Positions 32,515 to 41,607 are shown, counted from the first letter of the stretch. The stretch: 64,000 nucleotides of DNA from Mycobacterium sp. (GCA_036558625.1 DATBFF010000222.1:1309-65308); one strand, 5' to 3'. The notes: a model not told the origin generated them from the letters alone. Numbers and translations: made by a program.

Positions 32515-33213
32515 ATGGGAAACGATCTAGGTCGCATTCGGCTACACGACCCCAAGAGTCGTGAGTTTGAATTCCCGGCGCGCAAGGCCACCGCCGGTCT
32601 GAGCGTGCGACATCGACTTGACGCGCGGCACGTCGATCAGTTTTTTCTCTCGGGCTGTGTGGGCTATTCGGGCACGAACATGCTCAACACACGACCGGCG
32701 CGCTCCAGCCGCCAGAAGTTCAACTCGATCGCCCACCAGAAGGTCACAACTCGCTACCTGAAGAACAGCGATGGCACCTACAATTACAGTGCCGCAACGA
32801 AGTTCGACCCCTTCGACTGGACATATCCGCCAACCGACGAGGGTTCTAGTGCCCTGGGACTGATGAAGTTCTGGCAGAAATCCGGCGTTATCTCCGGCTA
32901 CGACTGGACTTTCACGTTCGATCAATTCCTGGCCGCACTGCAACGACAGCCTGTGCTCGTAGGAACCATGTGGTACGACGACATGATGTCCACCGACTCG
33001 GCCGGCGTCATCCATTCATCGGCGTCAGGCAAAGGCGGTGGGCACGAGTATCTGGCCAACGCGATCCTGTGGGGTAAGCGGCTGATCGGCTATGAGCAGT
33101 CATGGGGCGAGCATCCCCGTGGGTTTTCACCCACGTTCTACATGTCTTTCGATCTTGCTGAGGAACTGATCATCCATCAGAAAGGTGACGTAGCAGTTCC
33201 AAGGTTTCAGTGA
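32515..33213 (+). CDS. Papain-like (C1-type) cysteine peptidase, putative
   Basis: DQFFLSGCVG (Gln/Cys), GGGHEY (His), QSWG in place of NSWG; AGGAG before the ATG; no signal peptide. Alternative GTG at 32500. Confidence 0.72.
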   Translation: MGNDLGRIRLHDPKSREFEFPARKATAGLSVRHRLDARHVDQFFLSGCVGYSGTNMLNTRPARSSRQKFNSIAHQKVTTRYLKNSDGTYNYSAATKFDPFDWTYPPTDEGSSALGLMKFWQKSGVISGYDWTFTFDQFLAALQRQPVLVGTMWYDDMMSTDSAGVIHSSASGKGGGHEYLANAILWGKRLIGYEQSWGEHPRGFSPTFYMSFDLAEELIIHQKGDVAVPRFQ

Positions 33214-33220
33214 ACTGGCA

Positions 33221-34543
33221 GTGACTGCGTCGGGGGACTCAACCGCAAGCGCCGGCCGGATCGCTGCGCTCGCGTTCCCGGCTCTCGGTGTGCTGGCTGC
33301 CGAACCTTTGTATCTACTCTTCGACACCGCCATCGTCGGGCGCCTCGGTGCACTGGCGCTCGCCGGTCTGGCGATCGGCGGCCTGATCGTCAACATGGTC
33401 GGGTCCGGTCTGGTCTTCCTGTCGTACGGCACGACCGCGCGCTCGGCGCGACAATACGGAGCGGGCGACCGCGCGTCGGCCGTTGGTGAAGGCGTGCAGG
33501 CCACCTGGCTAGCCCTAGCGCTCGGCGTGCTGTTCGTCATCGTCATCCAGCTGGCGGCGGTGCCCATCGTGTCGGCGATCGCCTCGCAGGCCGACATAGC
33601 CGGCGAGGCATTGTCGTGGCTGCGGATAGCCGTGTTCGGCGCCCCGGCGATGCTGATGTCGCTGGCGGGCAACGGCTGGATGCGCGGCGTGCAGGACACC
33701 GTGCGGCCGCTTTGGTATGTGGTCATCGGATTCACGGTGTCAGCGGTGCTGTGCCCGCTGCTGGTCTACGGGTGGCTTGGGCTGCCGCGCTGGGAATTGG
33801 CCGGTTCCGCGGTGGCGAACCTGGTAGGTCAGTGGGTCGCCGCGCTACTGTTCGCCTGGGCGCTGATACGCGAGCGGGCTCCGCTCGGCGTCGACGTGCA
33901 GGTGTTGCGCGGTCAGGTCGTCATGGGCCGCGACCTGTTCGTGCGCACGCTCGCCTTCCAAGCGTGCTACCTGTCCGCGGCGGCCGTCGCCGCCAGGTTC
34001 GGTGCGGCAGCTGTGGCCGCACACCAAATAGCACTGCAGTTGTGGAATTTCCTTGCGCTCGTGCTGGATTCGCTTGCGATCGCCGCCCAGGCGCTCGTCG
34101 GTGCCGCGCTCGGCGCCAGGCTTGCCGAGCACGCGAAGTCTGTGGCGTGGCGGGTGACCGCCTACTCCGCTGCCGCGGCCGCGGTCCTCGCGGCGCTGCT
34201 AGCCGCCGGCGCGTCGGTGTTTCCGCACTTGTTCACCGACGACCGCTCCGTGCTCCACGCGGTCGACGTGCCGTGGTGGTTCCTCGTCGCCCAATTGCCA
34301 GTCGCAGGAGTGGTTTTCGGTCTCGACGGCGTGCTGTTGGGCGCCGGGGACGCAAAGTTCATGCGCAACGCGACGGTGATCAGCGCGCTGATCGGTTTTC
34401 TGCCGCTGATCTGGCTGTCACTGGTGTTCGGATGGGGGTTGGCAGGCATCTGGTCGGGTCTCTCGACGTTCATCGCGCTGCGGTTGGTGTTCGTCGGGTG
34501 GCGTGCGCTGTCGGGCCGCTGGACCGTGCTGGGCACCGGCTAG
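33221..34543 (+). CDS. dinF: MATE family efflux protein DinF (Rv2836c-like)
   Basis: LAFPALGVLAAEPLYLLFDTAIVGRLG, GNGWMRGVQDT, AAHQIALQLW. Confidence 0.92.
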   Translation: MTASGDSTASAGRIAALAFPALGVLAAEPLYLLFDTAIVGRLGALALAGLAIGGLIVNMVGSGLVFLSYGTTARSARQYGAGDRASAVGEGVQATWLALALGVLFVIVIQLAAVPIVSAIASQADIAGEALSWLRIAVFGAPAMLMSLAGNGWMRGVQDTVRPLWYVVIGFTVSAVLCPLLVYGWLGLPRWELAGSAVANLVGQWVAALLFAWALIRERAPLGVDVQVLRGQVVMGRDLFVRTLAFQACYLSAAAVAARFGAAAVAAHQIALQLWNFLALVLDSLAIAAQALVGAALGARLAEHAKSVAWRVTAYSAAAAAVLAALLAAGASVFPHLFTDDRSVLHAVDVPWWFLVAQLPVAGVVFGLDGVLLGAGDAKFMRNATVISALIGFLPLIWLSLVFGWGLAGIWSGLSTFIALRLVFVGWRALSGRWTVLGTG

Positions 34544-34607
34544 CGCCGGAACGGTAGTCCACGCGGTCCGTACTCGCACTTTCCCGCGTGGACTACCGTT
34601 CCGGCGC
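34543..34607. terminator. Perfect 24-bp inverted repeat between convergent genes
   Basis: gcgccggaacggtagtccacgcgg - 17 nt - ccgcgtggactaccgttccggcgc. Confidence 0.75.
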
Positions 34608-34614
34608 AAGAAGA

Positions 34615-36132
34615 CTAGGGCCAGCGCTTGGTGCAGCTTGCCTGGTCGCCGAGTACCCCGGTGCGGTACGCGTCGATGCGCGCGAATCCCGACGGCGCGA
34701 ACTCGCCGTTGACGTTGCCCGCGATCATCCCGTTGGTCAGCACTCCGGACACCGCCTCGTCGAGGTCGCCGCCGTAGAGCTTGATGGTGTTGCCGTTAGG
34801 TAGCGTGACGCCCTTGGCTAGCTTCGTGGTGGCCACCCCGGTCAGGCACGCAGTGCGCAGCCCGGCGTCGGTGTTGTCCAGCGACTGGTTGTGCTCTTTT
34901 TGGATGGCCAGCATGAATCGCGACGCCAACACTGAGTACGCGGTGTAATCGCCGAAAACCGAATTCGCCCGCGAGTCGAACGGACTGCCGCGAGAAAGGC
35001 TGGTGCCCAACAGAATCAGTCGGTTCATGTCGACGGCAATGGTGTTGGTCGACGGACAGTACGACGCGGATGGGGTCGGCTTGGCATCGGAGCACGACGG
35101 CGGGTCGAAGCTGAGCTTGGGCGGATTGGCCGGAGAGAACACCTTGGTCAGCGTCTCGATCATCGTCTTCACTGCGTTCTGCGTGACGGGATATTCGCCG
35201 GTTTGGCCCTCCTCGAGGAACTCTTTGGGCAGAGCGGCGCGACGCTGCAACACTTCCTTGGCATCGATGCCGGCACACGCCGCCGTGCCCTCGGTGAACC
35301 CGAACTGAAATGCCGTCACCCGCTCGAAAGCGGATCCGTGGATGAGTTCGTCGCCTCGGACCAGCGGACTGGACTGCGCCAGCAGGGGATCGCGCACCGC
35401 GATCCGCGTGGCCATCACGTTGCTCAACGCGTCGCCAGTGCTCAGCGTGAAGCGGGGCGACTTCCCGTCGACCACCCAGCGCATGTACACCCCACCGAAG
35501 CAGTCGGCCTGCTGTTCGGCCGCCAATCCATCGGCGGCGGTGTCGCCCTGGATGAGGTCGGCCATCGTGTACTGGATCGCGTGCCCGTACTCGTGGGCGA
35601 GCGTCATCGCCACGCCCATGTCGCCGAACCCCGCTCGCCGCTCGGTGAGATAGGGGCCGCGGTCCCAGCCGATCGTGTTCTTCGACGACGTGCACGCGGC
35701 GGAGTCGGACGACGGGCAGTTTTGCCGGGCCGACCCGCACCAGGCGGCGTTCTGGTCGTTCGCGGTTTCGCCCCCGCAGAACCTGCCGTGCTTGTAGCGC
35801 GAATCCCACGAGAACAACGCCTTCACCGGGGCGAACTTGCCTTTCAGCGGCGCTCCGTACGCGCCGGCCCAGAACTGCTCGATGTCGGCCACCGCCATCG
35901 CTGCCAGATGGTCGATGTCGCCGCCGTCGCCGCCTTCGACGGGCCTTACGGGGCCCGGTGCGTTGGGTCGCAGCCCCGACGGATCCTCGGTGACCGGCTT
36001 GCCCGCGACCTGCGTCGGGTCCGCCCCGATCGAGATCGGTTTGCCGTCAAGGGTTTTGGCGCATCCGGCAACAACCATTACCGTTGCGGCCGCACAGGCC
36101 AGGCCGCCGAAGAACCTCTTTCTTACGGCCAC
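34615..36132 (-). CDS. Lipoprotein neutral zinc metallopeptidase (LpqM-like), copy A
   Basis: Lipobox VVAGC, LAHEYGHAIQ (HExxH), EQQADCF, HGSAFERV. Start uncertain (36132-36144). Confidence 0.85.
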   Translation of the reverse strand: MAVRKRFFGGLACAAATVMVVAGCAKTLDGKPISIGADPTQVAGKPVTEDPSGLRPNAPGPVRPVEGGDGGDIDHLAAMAVADIEQFWAGAYGAPLKGKFAPVKALFSWDSRYKHGRFCGGETANDQNAAWCGSARQNCPSSDSAACTSSKNTIGWDRGPYLTERRAGFGDMGVAMTLAHEYGHAIQYTMADLIQGDTAADGLAAEQQADCFGGVYMRWVVDGKSPRFTLSTGDALSNVMATRIAVRDPLLAQSSPLVRGDELIHGSAFERVTAFQFGFTEGTAACAGIDAKEVLQRRAALPKEFLEEGQTGEYPVTQNAVKTMIETLTKVFSPANPPKLSFDPPSCSDAKPTPSASYCPSTNTIAVDMNRLILLGTSLSRGSPFDSRANSVFGDYTAYSVLASRFMLAIQKEHNQSLDNTDAGLRTACLTGVATTKLAKGVTLPNGNTIKLYGGDLDEAVSGVLTNGMIAGNVNGEFAPSGFARIDAYRTGVLGDQASCTKRWP

Positions 36133-37640
36133 TGCTTGAGGCAAGCGTCCTCGTCACCCCCGACCCCGGTGCGAAAGGCGTCGACTCGGGCGAATGACGA
36201 GGGTGCGGATTTGCCGTTGACGTCGCCGGCGACGACGCCGTTCGTCAGCACCCCGGACACCGCCTCGTCGAGGTCGCCGCCCGTCAGCCTGACCGTATGG
36301 CCGTTGGCCAGCGGCACACCGCCGGCTAGTTTGGTGGTCGCTACTCCGGTCAGGCACGCGGTACGCAGACCGGCGTTGGTGTTGTCCAAAGCCAGCCCGC
36401 CGTGTTCCTTTTGCACGGCAAGCATGTACCGCGAGACCACTGTGGAGAACGCGGTGTAGTCACCGAACGGCGTCGGCGTCGAATTCCCAACCGGCGAACC
36501 GCGACTCAGCCGCGTGCCCATCACGATCAGCGGGTTGAGGTCCACGTTGATGGTGTTGCTGGACGGGCAGTACGACGCAGGGGAGCTGGCCTTGGCGTCG
36601 GGGCAGGGCGCGTTGTCGAAGCTGATCTTTGGTGCGGCCTTCGGTGAAAACACCTTGTTGAGCGCCGCGATGGCATCGTTCACCGTGTCTTGGTTGATCG
36701 GCACTTCACCGGTGTCACCTTGCTGCAGAAGGTCTTTCGGGTAACCGGCGCGGCGTTGCTCGATCTCCTTCGGATCGATCTTCGCGCAGGCGCCGCCACC
36801 GCCGTCGAAGCCCATCTGAAATGCCGTCACCCGTTCGAATGCCGAGCCGTGCACGAGCTCGCGTTGGCCGGGATCGGATTGGGCCAGCAGCGGGTCGCGC
36901 AACATGATCATCGCCAGCATGACCTTGGTCAGGCCCTCGCCGTTGTTGAGGGTGAATCGCGGCGACTTGCCGTCCACCACCCAGCGCATATAGGTGCCGG
37001 CGAAGCAGTCGGCCTGTTGTTCGCCCGTCAGACCCCACTCGAGCGAGTCGCCGTGAATGAGGTCAGCCATGGTGTATTGGATCGCGTGGCCGTACTCATG
37101 TGACAGCACAAGCGGTATCCCCAAATCGCCTGCTGTCTCGCGCATGTCGGGCATCAGGCCGCCGCGATCCCAGCCGATGGTGTTGTTCGACGGCGAACAT
37201 TGCGGCGGCTCCACCGACGTGCAGTTCTGAATTCGCGTTCCGTTGGAGCCGCACCACATGGCGTTGTACGTGCGATACGTGTCTTCACCGCAGAACTTGC
37301 CGTGCTTGTACCGCTCGTCCCACGAGAAGAGAGCATTGACGGGATTGAACTTGCCCTTGAGCGGCGATCCGTAGTTTTCGGTCCAGAATTGCTCGATGTC
37401 GGCGACCGACAACCCGGAGAGGTGGTCGATGTCGCCGTTGTCGCCGTTTTCGATCGGCCGGATCGGGCCGGGCGGGTTGGGCCGCAGCCCCGACGGCGTT
37501 TCGGCCACCGGCTTGCCGGCCACGGTCGTGGGGTTGGGCGGCGGCGGCGGTGGTGGCTTCGCTTCCTCGTGTTTCGGGCAGCCGGACACCAGGAGCGCGA
37601 CGGCGGTCGCGGCGATCGCGCCGTGCAGGAGTCGTTTCAC
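36123..37640 (-). CDS. Lipoprotein neutral zinc metallopeptidase (LpqM-like), copy B
   Basis: Lipobox LVSGC, LSHEYGHAIQ, EQQADCF, HGSAFERV. Confidence 0.85.
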   Translation of the reverse strand: MKRLLHGAIAATAVALLVSGCPKHEEAKPPPPPPPNPTTVAGKPVAETPSGLRPNPPGPIRPIENGDNGDIDHLSGLSVADIEQFWTENYGSPLKGKFNPVNALFSWDERYKHGKFCGEDTYRTYNAMWCGSNGTRIQNCTSVEPPQCSPSNNTIGWDRGGLMPDMRETAGDLGIPLVLSHEYGHAIQYTMADLIHGDSLEWGLTGEQQADCFAGTYMRWVVDGKSPRFTLNNGEGLTKVMLAMIMLRDPLLAQSDPGQRELVHGSAFERVTAFQMGFDGGGGACAKIDPKEIEQRRAGYPKDLLQQGDTGEVPINQDTVNDAIAALNKVFSPKAAPKISFDNAPCPDAKASSPASYCPSSNTINVDLNPLIVMGTRLSRGSPVGNSTPTPFGDYTAFSTVVSRYMLAVQKEHGGLALDNTNAGLRTACLTGVATTKLAGGVPLANGHTVRLTGGDLDEAVSGVLTNGVVAGDVNGKSAPSSFARVDAFRTGVGGDEDACLKQWP

Positions 37641-37643
37641 GCG

Positions 37644-38114
37644 TCAGCCCTTCTTGGCGATTCCGGCCAGGATGGTGTCCGCGCTCGCCAAATGTTGTTC
37701 TCCGGCTTGGAGATACGACATCACGTCCTTGAGGTCGGACTTTTGTGTGGAGCCGCGGCCTTTGACGGCCGAGCTGCACGAGTCGGCGGCGCTTTCGAAA
37801 TCGTCGACCGCTTGCTGCACTTCGGCAGTCAGCTTGGGGTCCGGGCTCGGAAGCTGACCCTGGAGGGCGGTTTTCGCATCTTTCAGCTGCCCGCAGGCCG
37901 GCTCGAGTTTGTCGATGGCCGGTGGCTTCGCAAAGACGGCCGCCAGCACCGTGCCCTCGGTTTGGTGGATGTTGGAAACGGGTCCGTACGCTTTGGTCAG
38001 CCAACCGGCAATCTGGTCCACCTGTGCGTTGGCGACCGGCATCGGCGAGCTGATCAAGGCCCCGATCGCCACCGCGGCGACGGCAGCGGCTGTGATTCGT
38101 CGGTGAGTTACCAA
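37644..38114 (-). CDS. Small secreted protein of unknown function
   Basis: Signal peptide HRRITAAAVAAVAIGALISSPMPVANA, two Cys, stop 3 nt from the peptidase B start. Start uncertain (ORF track 38159). Confidence 0.7.
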   Translation of the reverse strand: MVTHRRITAAAVAAVAIGALISSPMPVANAQVDQIAGWLTKAYGPVSNIHQTEGTVLAAVFAKPPAIDKLEPACGQLKDAKTALQGQLPSPDPKLTAEVQQAVDDFESAADSCSSAVKGRGSTQKSDLKDVMSYLQAGEQHLASADTILAGIAKKG

Positions 38115-38200
38115 TTCCGCCCTCGACTTCCCGCGGGCCAACCCGCTTGAGAGAGTCACGTTAGCTGAGAGGATTTCGGCAGTAACCCTGAATGATCAGA

Positions 38201-39013
38201 TCACTCGTGAATCTGCGACCGTCCCCGCTTGATCACGGCGTCGCGATTGGCGGCGATCGCATCGCTGCGCGCGTGGCTGCGGAGCCATTCGGCGGCAGAG
38301 ATTTGCTCGATCCGAAAACTCGCGTGGGTCTGTGCGTCGTCAATGCGGTGGTACGACGCGAGCAGGGCCCGCACCGCGGCGCGGTTGTTGTCGACGATCG
38401 AGGCGGCGACGGCCTTTGCGGCGTCGAGCAGGTCGTCGTGCAGCACCACCTCGGTGACCAGTCCGACGCGCAGCGCGTCGTAGGCGCCGAGGTAGTCGCC
38501 GGTGAGGCTCATTCGATGAGCCAGCCCACGGCCGACGGCCTGCGGCAACCGCACCGACATTCCCCAGCTCGGCAGCAGCCCCACGCGGGCATGAGTGTCG
38601 GCGAACCGGGCGTTCTCCGAGGCGATCAGAATGTCGCAGCACAGGGCCAACTCGAAGCCGCCGGTGACCGCGACCCCGTTGATGGCACCGATCACCGGTT
38701 TGGTCATCGGCGGCCATGCCGGAGACAGGTCGGGGATACCGCCCCCACCTTTGAGGCCTGGACCGATCTCTTTCAGGTCGATGCCGGCGCAGAAGGCGGG
38801 ATCGGTTCCGGTCAGGATCACCACGTCGACGTCGTCGTCTTCGTCGGCATCGCGTAGGGCGGGAAACAGCTTGTCCCGCAACCCCGTCGACAGCGCGTTG
38901 CGCACATCGGGGCGGTTGACGGTCAGCGTCCGGACCCGGTCGGCGGTTTCGATCAGCAGCACGTCGTCATCGTCTGTCTGCTCTTCGCGCGAGCGCTCAT
39001 CGTCATCAGCCAC
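38201..39013 (-). CDS. Enoyl-CoA hydratase/isomerase family protein (EchA16-like)
   Basis: LTVNRPDVRNAL, AFCAGIDLK, GAINGVAVTGGFELALCCD. Confidence 0.9.
   Translation of the reverse strand: MADDDERSREEQTDDDDVLLIETADRVRTLTVNRPDVRNALSTGLRDKLFPALRDADEDDDVDVVILTGTDPAFCAGIDLKEIGPGLKGGGGIPDLSPAWPPMTKPVIGAINGVAVTGGFELALCCDILIASENARFADTHARVGLLPSWGMSVRLPQAVGRGLAHRMSLTGDYLGAYDALRVGLVTEVVLHDDLLDAAKAVAASIVDNNRAAVRALLASYHRIDDAQTHASFRIEQISAAEWLRSHARSDAIAANRDAVIKRGRSQIHE
38978..39001 (-). repeat. GATGAGC..GCGAAGA element in frame within the echA 5' end (DERSREEQT)
   Basis: Minus strand gatgagcgctcgcgcgaagagcag, identical to the cores at 18299 and 59337. Confidence 0.9.
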
Positions 39014-39036
39014 CGCCTGAGCTTATCGTCGTAGGT

Positions 39037-39300
39037 ATGTGCCGAAACATCACCGAGCTGCGCGGGCTGCAACCCGCCGCCACCGACGAGGAGATCGAGG
39101 CCGCTGCCCGCCAGTACGTGCGCAAGGTCAGCGGCGTCACCCGGCCGTCGGCAGCCAACGTCGACGTGTTCGAGGCAGCCGTCGCCGAGGTCACCGCCAC
39201 CACCACGCGCCTGTTGTCGCAGTTGCCGCCACGCAAACAACCCCCCAAGACGGTGCCGCCGCTGCGCCGACCCGAAGTGCGAGCCCGGCTGCAGGCATGA
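39037..39300 (+). CDS. DUF2277 family protein (Rv2828A-like)
   Basis: MCRNITELRGLQPAAT.EEIEAAARQYVRKVSG. Confidence 0.85.
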   Translation: MCRNITELRGLQPAATDEEIEAAARQYVRKVSGVTRPSAANVDVFEAAVAEVTATTTRLLSQLPPRKQPPKTVPPLRRPEVRARLQA

Positions 39301-39857
39301 CCGTCACTGCGACGTACCCCGCGCTCAAGGAGTGGAGCGCGGCGGTGCACGCACTGCTCGACGGCCGCCAGTGCGTGCTGCTGCGCAAGGGCGGCATCGG
39401 TGAAAAGCGCTTCGATGTGGCCGCGGAGCGGTTTCTGCTGTTCCCGACAGTCGCGCACAGTCACGGCGAGCGCGTGCGCCCCGAGCACCGCGGACTGTTG
39501 GCGCCCGCTGCGGCCGACAGTGACGCCGACTCTGTGACGCTGCGCGCTGGTGCGAATGTCATTGCCGCGGTAGAGGTTTGCCGTCCGGAGAGGTTGGCCC
39601 ACATCGAATCGCTGCACATCTGGACCGACCAGTCCGTGCGGGAGGACCGGCTTGACTTTCGCCCCAAACACCGGCTGACCGTGATGGTGGTACAGGCATG
39701 TCCCTTGACGGCGCCGCTGCGGCTCGCGCGTACCGCTGACTACGCAGGCTGCACCAGCTGGGTTGAGGTTCCGGTGTCGCCGCAGTGGGGCCCGCCCGTG
39801 CATGAGCGTGCGACGCTGGAGCGCGTCGCCGCCCGGGTGCATCGCGCGGTCGGTTGA
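39297..39857 (+). CDS. DUF1802 family protein (Rv2828c-like)
   Basis: ALKEWSAAVHALLDGRQ.VLLRKGGI.E, Y.GC.SW; ATGA-coupled. Confidence 0.85.
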   Translation: MTVTATYPALKEWSAAVHALLDGRQCVLLRKGGIGEKRFDVAAERFLLFPTVAHSHGERVRPEHRGLLAPAAADSDADSVTLRAGANVIAAVEVCRPERLAHIESLHIWTDQSVREDRLDFRPKHRLTVMVVQACPLTAPLRLARTADYAGCTSWVEVPVSPQWGPPVHERATLERVAARVHRAVG

Positions 39858-40019
39858 GCGGACTGCGCCCACTTCTGCACGACGGTGACCGTGTAGCGCG
39901 AAGGCGACAACGAACGCGTCGTGCGAAAGCACTGAGGCTCAGCCTGTAACGCGCGAGACGGTCGAGGCGATGATCACCGCAGCGGCCTCGTGGTGGCCGA
40001 GGAGGGTTGGGGTTTTCAC

Positions 40020-40850
40020 TTGCGACGTACGTTTGCCTTGGCGTTTGCCGCCGTCATCTCCGGAGCAGCGTTTATCGGACTCGCGGCAGGCACAGCCTCC
40101 GCAGACACCACCTGTCCCGACCTGCATTGGATCGGAGCTGCCGGCTCCGGTGAACGGATAGATCCGACCGCCTATGACGGGATGGGCCAGGTGGTCTTCC
40201 AATCGTTTCGCACGGTCCAGCAGAAGCTGCAGCACGCTGGCCGCACGATGACCGCTGAAGCCGTCCAATATCCCGCAACGGCAGTTCCCCCCGACGGCGA
40301 CCTTTTGGGCTGGACGGGATTCATGAGCAGTGTCGATGCCGGGACCGCGGCGCTTGGCCAGCAGTACGCGACGTTTGTGCAGCGGTGCCCGACCACTGAG
40401 GTGGTGTTGGCCGGCTATTCACAGGGCGCGATGGTGGTGCATCGAAATCTGTATGGGCTCGCCGGCAGTCCCAACCTGGCTGCGACGCTGTTGATTGCCG
40501 ACGGTGACCGCATCCCTGACGACAACACGATCAGCTTGGGGTCGGTGACCTCGGTGCCTGGCGCGGGGCTCGGCGCCGCGCAGGAGCACTACATCTTGGC
40601 GCACACAAATACGAACAAGCTGCCTGCAGCTCTCGGGAGCCGCACGATCAGTGTGTGCGATCTCGGTGACCCGGTCTGCGACTACGACCCGGATTCCGAA
40701 GCGACGACGCCTGCGCAGCTCGCCATCCACACCGGTTACGCCGTGGCGTCGCGCGACGGGCAAGCCTGGACATCGCGGCTGTATCAACTTCTTTCGCCGT
40801 CATCGGCCGACGGGGCCCGGTCAGCGGTCGTGTCAACCGCCGGGGCCTGA
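40020..40850 (+). CDS. Secreted cutinase-like protein
   Basis: Signal peptide, CP..GSGE, AVQYPA, LAGYSQGA, CDLGDPVC, IHTGY. Confidence 0.88.
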   Translation: MRRTFALAFAAVISGAAFIGLAAGTASADTTCPDLHWIGAAGSGERIDPTAYDGMGQVVFQSFRTVQQKLQHAGRTMTAEAVQYPATAVPPDGDLLGWTGFMSSVDAGTAALGQQYATFVQRCPTTEVVLAGYSQGAMVVHRNLYGLAGSPNLAATLLIADGDRIPDDNTISLGSVTSVPGAGLGAAQEHYILAHTNTNKLPAALGSRTISVCDLGDPVCDYDPDSEATTPAQLAIHTGYAVASRDGQAWTSRLYQLLSPSSADGARSAVVSTAGA

Positions 40851-40857
40851 GCGGGGG

Positions 40858-41442
40858 TCAGAACACGTAGTACGGGGCCAATTGCTGGGCCCGCATTATG
40901 TTCTCGGCCGGACAGTCGACGTCGGGGTTGGAGTAGACCGGTGAGTAGAACAGCGACTGCTGGATCACGCCGTAACTGGTCTTGAACGTCACCATGCACG
41001 AGAACCACCACTTGTTGTTCCAGTCGGTGGGCTTCATCACCCAGAACCAGGCCGCCCTGTGCCCGTCGATGTTGGTCTCGATGGCGTCCGGTGGAAGGCT
41101 CTCCTCGTAGGTGCGCCAGACGATCGGCTCGATCGCCATCTGGTAGTTCGCGGAGTCGTAATGGCAGCGCAGCTGTTCCTCGTGCTCGGGCGGGGTGGCC
41201 CCCAGGCCGAGGCGCTGGATCACGTCGATCGGGATGTCCTCGCACGGATCGAACGGCCGCGGGTCGGTGGTCGCGATGACGGGCCACTTGATCGTCGTCG
41301 TCGGCTCGTCCATCGGCGCGGCGGTGGACCGCAGTTGGACGTTGCGGGTCATGGTCAGGTCGGCGGGAGAGGACTGCCACACCACGACCACCGCAGCGAC
41401 GAGGGCGGACAACACCGCGAACAGCCGCAACCTGGTGGCCAT
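40858..41442 (-). CDS. DUF3558-like membrane-anchored protein (Rv2799-like)
   Basis: N-terminal TM, TTIKWPVI.TTDPRPFDPC.DIP, CMVTFKTSYGVIQQSL. Confidence 0.75.
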   Translation of the reverse strand: MATRLRLFAVLSALVAAVVVVWQSSPADLTMTRNVQLRSTAAPMDEPTTTIKWPVIATTDPRPFDPCEDIPIDVIQRLGLGATPPEHEEQLRCHYDSANYQMAIEPIVWRTYEESLPPDAIETNIDGHRAAWFWVMKPTDWNNKWWFSCMVTFKTSYGVIQQSLFYSPVYSNPDVDCPAENIMRAQQLAPYYVF

Positions 41443-41607
41443 TGGCATCCCCTCCGTCGGCATCACTGCTCTTTGCGGCGCCTTCGGGGGAGTGTAGCCG
41501 CGTGCCACCGCCGGCACGGCGGGAAAGCAGAACATGTTCTAGTTCGGGATGGCCCGGGGTGAGGCGACGTTCTGAGGCGGCGTGCATCTTCCGTAATCTG
41601 ATTGGTT

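Larger units (their letters stand above)
19760..33220. other. Accessory gene block inserted between nrnA and dinF
   Basis: Rv2837c and Rv2836c (dinF) are neighbours in M. tuberculosis; here ~13.5 kb of non-core genes separate them. No integrase or terminal direct repeat seen. Confidence 0.8.

Noticed and set aside
19760-33220. Prophage or integrative element
   Set aside because: No integrase, structural, replication or transposase genes and no att-like direct repeats seen.
39855-39941. Possible hairpin after the DUF1802 gene
   Set aside because: Only short complementary patches (gcacgacg/cgtcgtgc, tgagc/gctca); too imperfect to support.
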